Positions 1 to 7,021 of a stretch of 7,021 bases of DNA are shown in pieces. The notes under the pieces are model-generated. The model had not been told where the DNA came from. It ran no database searches and saw only the letters and a program-made list of their open reading frames with translations. The DNA comes from Octopus sinensis (taxonomy: Eukaryota). Location of the stretch: positions 1-7,021 of the forward strand of contig NW_021829124.1 in the NCBI RefSeq assembly GCF_006345805.1, written 5' to 3'. Made by a program: the position numbers and the translations under genes. Numbering within the stretch: position 1 is the stretch's first letter; each line of letters begins with the position of its first letter.

Positions 1-70
1 TCTCTCTCTCTGTCGTTTCTGACACTTATCTCTCTCCCTCTGACCCCCTTTCTCTTTCCCTATATCTACT
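1..70. repeat. (TC)n-rich pyrimidine tract
   Basis: TCTCTCTCTC start with degenerate CT runs to about position 70. Confidence 0.75.
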
Positions 71-213
71 CTATTTACAAACATATATAGATATATATAG
101 ATATGTCTGTATGGATGTTAGGTATGTATGCACGTATATATGAGCGTATGTGCAGCGCTTGTATGTATGCACGGTATTCATGTCGGTCCGAATTGAAGAA
201 CGGATCTAAGTAC

Positions 214-216
<3 letters not shown>

Positions 217-250
<34 letters not shown>

Positions 251-436
251 CAATCATATACACACGCACATACACATAAATACATACATGTATACACACA
301 CACTGACACATTATATTTAAGGGGTAGAACTACTGTGTAAATACATACATTCGCAATTATATATATATATGTGTGTGTGTATATACATATATATATATAT
401 ACAGTATACATACATATATATATATATACATATATA

Positions 437-469
<33 letters not shown>

Positions 470-830
470 ATATATATGCATATATATACATATATATATT
501 TACATATACATATATATATATATATATACATATATAATTATACAGCCATATAAATACAAAACAAACATGCATATATATATATCTATATATATATAATATA
601 TATACAGATATACATATACACATACATGCACACACATATACATACATGCATACGTATATATATGTAATAAATGTATACACATACATATATATATGATGCG
701 TATGCATTTATATGTTTATGTTTTTGTATATATTATATATATATTATATGTATGTATGTATGTAGTATTTGTATGTATATATAATATATTAATATATATA
801 TACATGTATGTATGTATATGTACGTGTATG
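217..830. repeat. Compound (TA)n / TATACA / (TATG)n microsatellite field
   Basis: Pure TA run at about 219-246, TATACA/TACA units at 357-700 and TATG units at 700-830, with only short unique spacers. Explains the YIYI/MYVC ORFs. Confidence 0.95.
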
Positions 831-1191
831 TCAGCCTATGTGTGCGTAATTCCGTAGATAACCTCTTCGCTCGCTGCATCTAACACGAAATGCCATGTAA
901 TAAAATAAATATGTAAAAACAGACGAGTCCATTAAGAAGATAGGTGTCCATTGGTGTTTAGTGAGATGTGTCTTAATTAGATTGTTAAACATCATTAGCA
1001 GCAAATCAATTTTCACGAGAGAACGAGAGAGACGCAGCAAAAATAACAGCTTCACTGATCAATAAGTAATAATCAAATAGCAATTGAGCGCCTCTCGCCT
1101 TTGCAGTTAGCTTACGGCATACGGCAACACCTAAGATGGCGTCGCTGGTGAAGGGTGATGATTAGAGAGACGTTTGACGGAACACCGCACC

Positions 1192-1750
1192 ATGTATATA
1201 TATGTGTGCATGTGTGTATGTGTAAATATCTATATATATATAAATGTATGTATGCTTGAGTGTGTGCATGTATATATGTATGTATGTGTGGCGTGTGTGC
1301 ATATATATATATGTATAAGTATATATATATATCTTATAATATATATATAGATATATTATATATAATATATATATATTCTCTGTAAATATAGATGTGAGTC
1401 TGTAAATATATATACATGTATATGTGTGTCTGTAAATATACATGTGTTTGTGTTTGTGTATATATACATACATATATATATATATATATATCTATATATA
1501 TATATATATATACACGCACACACATACATAAATTTGTAGATAACCAGATGCGCACGTATATTTGCATAGGTGCGTTTACACACGCATATACACACACACA
1601 TATATACACACACATATGAAACAATATGTTAGAAGTACATTTGTCCATCGCTACGTGTCTCGTGTATGTATGGCTGTATGACAACTGTAAAGACTCACAT
1701 ATATTCATGTGTACACTCACACACAAACACACACACACATACACACATGC
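1192..1750. repeat. Compound (TA)n/(TG)n/(CA)n low-complexity region
   Basis: Alternating TA, TATG, TG and CA runs; the motif TCTGTAAATATA recurs three times between about 1378 and 1440. Confidence 0.9.
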
Positions 1751-1768
1751 GCAGAGGAATGCAGGTAT

Positions 1769-2005
1769 GTAGATAGATAGACAAATAGAAAGACAGGCAG
1801 TCAGACAGACAGACAGGCAGACAGGCAGACAGGCAGACAGACAGGCAGACAGACAGCTTGCTAGATAGATAGATAGATAGATAGAAAGATAGACAGAAAG
1901 ACAGACAGAGGTAGATTGATAGATAAATAGTTAGATAAATAGATAGACCGACCGACAGATAGACAGACAGAGAAATAGAGAGATGGATGGATTGATGGAA
2001 AGATG

Positions 2006-2064
<59 letters not shown>

Positions 2065-2134
2065 GATAGATAGATAGATAGATAGGCAGATAGATAGACA
2101 GAAAGGTAGAGAGATAGATAAATAGATAAATAGG

Positions 2135-2197
<63 letters not shown>

Positions 2198-2217
2198 GCA
2201 TATCGATGGATGGATGG
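1769..2217. repeat. (GATA)n/(GACA)n/(GGAT)n tetranucleotide satellite (Bkm-type)
   Basis: GACA/GGCA units at about 1790-1855, long pure GATA runs at about 2006-2082 and 2135-2196, and GGAT units at 1983-2008 and 2206-2217. Confidence 0.97.
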
Positions 2218-2261
2218 AAAATCGACTAACAGGAAAATAATGGATGGGTTTACATTCTCTT

Positions 2262-2415
2262 ATCTCTCTCTCTCTGCGTCTCTGTCTATTTCTGTCTACC
2301 TATCCACTCCTCCATCTATGTATGTATGTATGTATGTATGTATGTATGTATGTATGTAGTATGATGTATGTATGTATGTATCAATCAATCTGTCTATTTA
2401 TCTATCTGTCTGTCT
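2262..2415. repeat. CT / (TATG)n / TCTA-TCTG microsatellite
   Basis: CT run, TATG run at about 2317-2381, then TCTA/TCTG units to about 2415. Confidence 0.9.
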
Positions 2416-2515
2416 TCGTGTCTAATGTATACACTCTTCCATTTGACATTTTCTCTCCACCACTGTCACTTAGACGCGTATGACAGCGTGTGTCATCATC
2501 TGCCCGCACGTTTTT

Positions 2516-2516
<1 letters not shown>

Positions 2517-2566
<50 letters not shown>

Positions 2567-2717
2567 ATAGTGTGTATCATGTATGTATGTATGTATGTAT
2601 GTATGTATGTATGTATGTATGTGTGTTTATGTCTGAGTCTTTGTATGTGTATGTATGTGTGTATGACTGTTAGTGTATTTGTGTACGCTTGTATTTTCGT
2701 GTGTTCTTGTTGGTATG

Positions 2718-2754
<37 letters not shown>

Positions 2755-2766
2755 ACGTATGTGTGT
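2517..2766. repeat. (TA)n, (TATG)n and (TG)n microsatellites
   Basis: TA at about 2524-2569, TATG at about 2579-2621 and TG at about 2720-2750. Confidence 0.95.
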
Positions 2767-2857
2767 CTGCGTTTTCCTTCTCAGCCATTTGTCTCTCTTA
2801 TTTGGGTTTGGGTCCTTTTCTTCGCATAAAATCGTTTCTGAAAACTTTTTCTATAAA

Positions 2858-2970
2858 TCTTTCCCTCTCTCCCTTCCTCCGTACTCTCCTTCCCCTCCTT
2901 CCTCTCTCTGCTTCCTATCTCACGCCCCTCATCTCCCTCTTTTATTCTCCCCTTCTTTCTTTCACTTTCT
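2858..2970. repeat. Polypyrimidine (CT/CCT-rich) tract
   Basis: About 110 bp almost entirely C/T on the + strand. Confidence 0.8.
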
Positions 2971-3069
2971 GACGGACATTCGAATTTGTATACAAGTGTG
3001 CATAGGTACATAACAACATACGTATATTTGTACATAAATACACATATACGCACATATATACATGCCGTG

Positions 3070-3075
3070 CATACA

Positions 3076-3105
<30 letters not shown>
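3070..3105. repeat. (CATA)n microsatellite abutting a SINE 3' end
   Basis: Perfect CATA units directly adjacent to the tail of the SINE at 3104-3284. Confidence 0.95.
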
Positions 3106-3106
<1 letters not shown>

Positions 3107-3284
3107 TCTTTTCTACTCTAGGCACAAGGCCCAAAATTTTGGGAGAGAGGGCCAGTCGGTTAGATCGAATCCAGTACGCAACTGGTACTTAATTTATCAA
3201 CCCCGAAAGGATGAAAGGCAAAGACCTTGGCGGAATTTGAACTCAGAACGTGTAGACAGACCAAATACCGCTAAGCATTTCGCC
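3104..3284 (-). mobile_element. tRNA-derived SINE with Nin/Deu-like central domain, 5'-truncated (Octopus-type)
   Basis: The minus strand has a B-box-like GAGTTCAAATTCC (3244-3232) followed by CTTTGCCTTTCATCCTTTCGGGGTTGATAAATTAAGTACCAG, resembling the Nin/Deu core GCCTTCCATCCTTCCGAGGTCGATAAAATGAGTACC. It ends ...CTTGTGCCTAGAGTAGAAAAGAATA plus a microsatellite tail. The A-box is missing because similarity stops at about 3284. Family recognised from memory. Confidence 0.85.
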
Positions 3285-3285
3285 A

Positions 3286-3329
3286 GAATATTCTGAAGAA
3301 ACTTATGAGCGCTGAAAGCATCGGTATTC
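3286..3329 (+). ncRNA. Degenerate minimal type I hammerhead ribozyme-like motif (Penelope-type)
   Basis: GAATATT(3286-92)-CTGAAGA(3293-99)-14 nt-GAAA(3314-17)-GCA-TC(3321-22)-GGTATTC(3323-29). The flanks form a 7-bp stem I (5 Watson-Crick plus 2 G-U pairs) and AATAAA follows at 3337-3342. Stem II is poorly paired. Confidence 0.4.
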
Positions 3330-3421
3330 CGCATAAAATAAAGGAATTCTCAAACGCAAGATGGTTGTGAAGACAGCTAAGAAAATCGGGTAGAAACCGT
3401 TCAGAAAACGGAAATAAGCGT

Positions 3422-3507
3422 CCAGCCAGCCTCTACAAGGAATCGAACCCTGTTCCTAGCCAGAATTTGAGAGGTACAGAGTTCGATTCTCTGTAAAGGC
3501 TAGTTGG
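3422..3507. repeat. 36-bp imperfect inverted repeat of tRNA T-arm/B-box-like sequence
   Basis: The left arm 3422-3457 matches the reverse complement of the right arm 3472-3507 at 29 of 36 positions, with a 14-nt spacer. Each arm contains GTTCGATTC on the outward-reading strand. Confidence 0.85.
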
Positions 3508-3780
3508 CCACCGATGTTATCCAAGGGAGTCGCCAGCAGTTGCCTTTGCATACCTGCCTCCCCATCTCCATGCCACCGATGTTATCCAAGGGAAAGGCAA
3601 AGGGACCGATACAGCTTGGCACCAGTGATGTCGCAACTCATTTCTAAGGCGGAGTGAACTGGAGCAACGTGAAATAAAGTGTCTTGCTCAAGAACACAAC
3701 ACACACCTAAGTCCGGGAATCGAACTCACTAGCTCATGATTGTGAGCCCGATTCTCTAAACACTGAGTCATACACCTTCA
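3507..3780 (-). mobile_element. tRNA-derived SINE with CORE-like domain (Octopus-type)
   Basis: The minus strand reads A-box-like TGACTCAGTG (3770-3761), B-box GAGTTCGATTCCC (3727-3715), then TGTGTTCTTGAGCAAGACACTTTATTTCAC, typical of CORE/V-type SINE bodies. A 22-bp duplication lies at its 3' end. Confidence 0.85.
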
Positions 3781-3790
3781 TATTCCTGTA

Positions 3791-3792
<2 letters not shown>

Positions 3793-3821
<29 letters not shown>
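3793..3821. repeat. (TG)14 microsatellite
   Basis: Perfect TG run. Confidence 0.97.
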
Positions 3822-3823
<2 letters not shown>

Positions 3824-4024
3824 ATTAATTCAAAATATGGTCGTCTACTTTGTGTCTGGACTGCGCATGACAGTCGGGTATAGTCGGGGCACCTACGAAA
3901 TTCTGACTTTCTTTGGATATATCTATCTAGGAACTAACTTTACGCAATGTCCTGTGTTCCACATCTCGTAATATTTGCGCTCTGCGAAATATCTTTTAAC
4001 GTACTTCACTTCTTTATTTACGAT

Positions 4025-4026
<2 letters not shown>

Positions 4027-4057
<31 letters not shown>

Positions 4058-4113
4058 ACACACACACACCACACACACAACACACACACACACATACACA
4101 CACACACACACAC
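4027..4113. repeat. (CA)n microsatellite, interrupted
   Basis: About 85 bp of CA with a few slips. Confidence 0.97.
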
Positions 4114-4154
4114 CTAATTTATAACTTAAGATGATGGAATTAACAAGCTTTAAT

Positions 4155-4285
4155 CACATGTCACAACAACTGTTTTTGTGCAATGATAACAGCTGTTAGT
4201 TACTGAGTATTCTATATCATACTATAGCATAAAATATATAAATATGACCCACCAGCAGTTGTTACCGACACGTCATCAGGTGAGT
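4155..4285. promoter_or_regulatory. Possible E-box cluster with a consensus splice donor
   Basis: CANNTG at 4155, 4167, 4190, 4256 and 4277; palindrome TAACAGCTGTTA at 4187-4198; CAG|GTGAGT at 4277-4285. Motif evidence only. Confidence 0.2.
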
Positions 4286-4612
4286 GGCTTTCGTAGCACT
4301 GCAACCACGAGGTTATTGCTCAGATCCACCTATATATGCGTTTATGTATTATGGGAGTATGGATCTCCACTTCTCTCTCACACACTCTCACTCTGTTTCT
4401 ATATATATACATTTACAAACCTACATATTTCTATGTGTGTTTGCATATATCTAGTCATGTATGGACGGATGTACTTGTTTGTGTATTTATGTAATGCTGT
4501 TGAATCAATCTTGTTTGCTGATATATTCTTTAAACAAATCTCTTTATTCTCTCTTAATCTCTTTTTCTTTGTGATTTCTCTTTGTCAGTGTCTCACGCTT
4601 TCTCTATCTTTC

Positions 4613-4690
4613 ACAACACACACACACACACGTACACACACCACACACACACACACACACATATACACACATTCTCTCTCCCCTTCCCCG
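4613..4690. repeat. (CA)n followed by (CT)n microsatellite
   Basis: CA run at about 4613-4671, then CT/CCT units. Confidence 0.92.
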
Positions 4691-4890
4691 TCTGTTGTAT
4701 TAACCGCTTCTGACTATTTGTATATCTGTCTTTCTATCCAATTTTCCATCAGTTTGTCTTTCCATGCTTTTTTTATTAGCAAAATTTGTCTTTCTTACCC
4801 TTTTTCTTGTTCTGCTCTTTACAATTTCATTAATTGATAAGCAATACACTAAAAACATACACATATTTTTATACACCTTCTCATTATTGT

Positions 4891-5117
4891 CTGATACGAA
4901 GGCTGTTGTTGTTAAGCAACAAGACGGGCAAGGGTGATTAGGTGATGGTCTAGGGCTTAGGGGTGGGAGACCCCAAACCTTGGAAAAAAAACTTTGGTCG
5001 TCTTGTTGTGGTTGAGGGCTCTTCGTTGACGCCCGACACCACTGGGAGGTGGTCCTCGAAGTCGCTGGAAATGGAGATCTCCAGGTCCAAATTCTTGGAC
5101 GGCTGATACGAAGGCTG
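4891..5117 (-). mobile_element. 197-bp retroposed insertion with 15-bp target-site duplication (probable 3' end of a non-LTR element)
   Basis: CTGATACGAAGGCTG occurs at 4891-4905 and 5103-5117. The enclosed 197 bp is about 52% GC (counted by hand) against AT-rich flanks, ends TTAACAACAA on the minus strand next to the repeat, and contains several hairpins. Confidence 0.7.
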
Positions 5118-6054
5118 CCAAGAGCGCACCATATGTATTGCAAAAGAAAAAAATATCAGATTTAAATACTGTCATATTACATTAAGTTTTATACCAAAGA
5201 AAACAAAAACACACATATATTCAATTGTAGAGGCTATGAACAATGGTTGTGTTGGTATAAGAGGTAATTCCCCGATTTGCTATTTGAATCATACTTCATG
5301 AAGGTGACAAAAATGCTACTGCGCTCTCTAGTTATATAAGGAGGCTGAAAGATTGTACTGTTAATAATTTCTGTGTAAGAAAGAAATCTTGGATACCAGA
5401 ACCGATGCTGCATTTCGGAAAAATATTGTATCTTGGCCGATATGAATAATTCTGCTAAAAATATTTTTTAATATATCTGAAATTTTCAGCAAATATTGCA
5501 CTAAAAATATATTATATTTAGTTTTTTATGACGTGATAACGACCATTTAATCCACTGTCAGCAAATTTCTCCATCATCTAGCAGTGTTAGATCATTCTCA
5601 TTGGCTCTTCCAGGAAGTTGCGCCTATCTATTTTGCACCACGAAACACTTCTGTTTTCGTAATATTCCGTATCTACCTTGATAGTTATGGTAACAATTTT
5701 CCTTATTATTTCATTTAATATTATGAAATATAGCAATATCCGTCATGTTCAGTATATATATATATTTTCCTCTTCCTTGAAAACACATCGGGTTGGCATG
5801 TCAGTTTTGGAGAATCCTTAATTCTTGAAATTATCTCTCTTTTCCTTTAGATTAGTTTCCAATTGCTGCCAAGCGATTATTCTTCTAGAAGTGGGGGGTA
5901 GTTTCAATAAATGAAGAATTTATGTTGTGTGATATTTATATGCCGTGACCCGTCGCTGCTGCTCGAAATAAATGCCAATTAGCCAATCAGAAGAATTTCT
6001 CTCGAATCACGTTTTCTTTGTGGTAATTACCAACGCCGTAAATATATATTTATC

Positions 6055-6600
6055 TTCTATCTCTTCTTTGTTTTAGTCATTAGACTGCGGCCATGCTGGG
6101 GTAACGCCTTCTAAACTTGTTCGTCGAATGAATCTAACCCGGTACTTTTTTTAACTGTTTCTAACCGCGGTTCTTTTTCTATCGATTCTTTTTGTCGAAC
6201 TGCTAAGTTACAGGAACATAAACACTTCAACACCGTTTGTGAAGAAGTGGTGGGAGACAAAGTGACACATAGACACACACACACACAACACACACACACA
6301 CACACGCATACACACATATGCACACACACACACTCCCTCTCTCTCTCTCTCTCTCTCTCACATACACACACAAACACACAGATACATACACGCGCGCACA
6401 CACACAAACACAAACACACACACACATACACACACACACACACAACACAAGACGGTCTTCTTTCAATTTCCATCTAACAGTTCCACGCACAAAGCTCACG
6501 GGGCTATAGTAGAAGACACTTGCTCAAAATTCCACCGAGTGGGACTGAACCTGGAACCGTGTGGTTGGGCAGCAAACAGACACACTTGCACCTGTCCTAC
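6055..6600 (-). mobile_element. tRNA-derived SINE with an internal CA/CT microsatellite (Octopus-type)
   Basis: The minus-strand head has a B-box-like GGTTCAGTCCC (6551-6541) and CORE-like TTGAGCAAGTGTCTTCTACTATAGCC. An internal microsatellite spans about 6270-6450. The 3' part includes + strand TAGTCATTAGACTGCGGCCATGCTGG and TCTATCGATTCTTTTTGTCGAACTGCTAAGTTAC, which I recall from an abundant octopus SINE. Confidence 0.85.
6270..6450. repeat. (CA)n-(CT)n-(CA)n compound microsatellite inside the SINE
   Basis: CA run, CT run at about 6337-6359, then a second CA run. Confidence 0.95.
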
Positions 6601-6777
6601 TCCTTTTATGTCCGAGTACCTTTTTTCTGCTAGAAACACGGTAAAGAATCCTGCTGTGCTAATGATGGTTATGGAAACAGAAACAAATAATGATCTGTCT
6701 TCTCAGGAGAATCAAATTGCTTTTATTTTTCTTCAAATCACATCAGTTCTTGAGAATTATTACTCCTCCAGATTGTC

Positions 6778-7020
6778 TCACTTGGCGTTGGCACCAATTG
6801 CCACTCTTTCAATTGCTCTAACTTCATGGGGAGTGAAGATAATATCAACCATGGATTTGTCTTGTATGAATTTTAAAACAACAATATTGCTTTTCGTTCT
6901 TCGAGTACTCCTGAATTTGTTGGTGCGATCCAAGGCCATGATTGACAATGATCCCTCCAAGCCAACCAGGTTTTCTCGCTGGGGATTGTGACTGGCAGCT
7001 AGTGCATGAAGACATTCGGT
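6778..7020 (-). other. Open frame entering from the window edge: decayed LINE ORF2 fragment or terminal coding exon
   Basis: 80 stop-free codons: TECLHALAASHNPQRENLVGLEGSLSIMALDRTNKFRSTRRTKSNIVVLKFIQDKSMVDIIFTPHEVRAIERVAIGANAK*. DIIFTPHEVRAIE followed by *DNL and a frameshifted GVIILKN* loosely resembles the pre-RT motif of CR1/L2-type ORF2. Confidence 0.3.
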
Positions 7021-7021
7021 A

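Noticed and set aside
75-3192. Many ORFs of 60-177 aa (YIYI, MYVC, YLSI, CVCV repeats)
   Set aside because: They are translations of TA, TATG, GATA and TG microsatellites, which lack stop codons in some frames.
3507-3593. 22-bp repeats with a 43-bp spacer as a CRISPR array
   Set aside because: There are only two copies, inside a eukaryotic SINE, with no cas genes.
3705-3780. Functional tRNA gene
   Set aside because: A/B boxes are present but there is no clean cloverleaf or acceptor stem, and the sequence continues into a SINE body.
4244-4837. 197-aa + strand ORF
   Set aside because: It runs through CT/CA microsatellite and T-rich low-complexity sequence, with no recognisable domain.
4891-4905. 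CTGATACGAAG as a hammerhead core of a tandem retrozyme
   Set aside because: It lacks CUGANGA, stem II and GAAA, and only 15 bp is repeated.
4700-5175. Minus-strand ORFs overlapping the GC-rich block as a coding exon
   Set aside because: The upstream pyrimidine tract ends TTTTGCAA rather than AG, no frame is recognisable, and the frames cross the direct-repeat boundary. An insertion explains the block better.
5410-5520. Short AT-rich near-palindromes as MITE terminal repeats
   Set aside because: They are expected by chance at this AT content, and no matching terminal pair or TSD was found.
6539-6991. 150-aa + strand ORF
   Set aside because: It starts at a GTG inside the SINE head, has no recognisable domain, and is likely a shadow of the opposite-strand frame.
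6778-7020. Fanzor/TnpB C-terminus or SWIM finger (ALDRTN...SNI; CLHALA)
   Set aside because: There are no zinc-finger CxxC pairs and the DRDxNAAxNI motif is not matched; the resemblance is superficial.

Overview
Eukaryotic, AT-rich, non-coding DNA (intron or intergenic). Roughly half is simple or cryptic microsatellite (TA, TACA/TATG, CA/TG, GATA/GACA, CT), interleaved with tRNA-derived SINEs. From memory, the SINE families and repeat density look like an octopod cephalopod (Octopus-type) genome; this was not verified by a search. Nearly all ORFs in the supplied track are translations of microsatellites. Supported features are three minus-strand tRNA-derived SINEs (about 3104-3284, 3507-3780 and 6055-6600) and a 197-bp GC-rich, hairpin-rich insertion (4906-5102) bracketed by a perfect 15-bp direct repeat. 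A minus-strand open frame runs in from the right edge (7020-6778) and is either a decayed LINE ORF2 fragment or a terminal exon. The most unusual stretch is 3286-3507, between two SINEs: a Penelope-type minimal type I hammerhead-like motif followed by AATAAA, then a 36-bp inverted repeat whose two arms are each a tRNA T-arm/B-box facing outward. No confident protein-coding gene, rRNA, intact tRNA or CRISPR array is seen.
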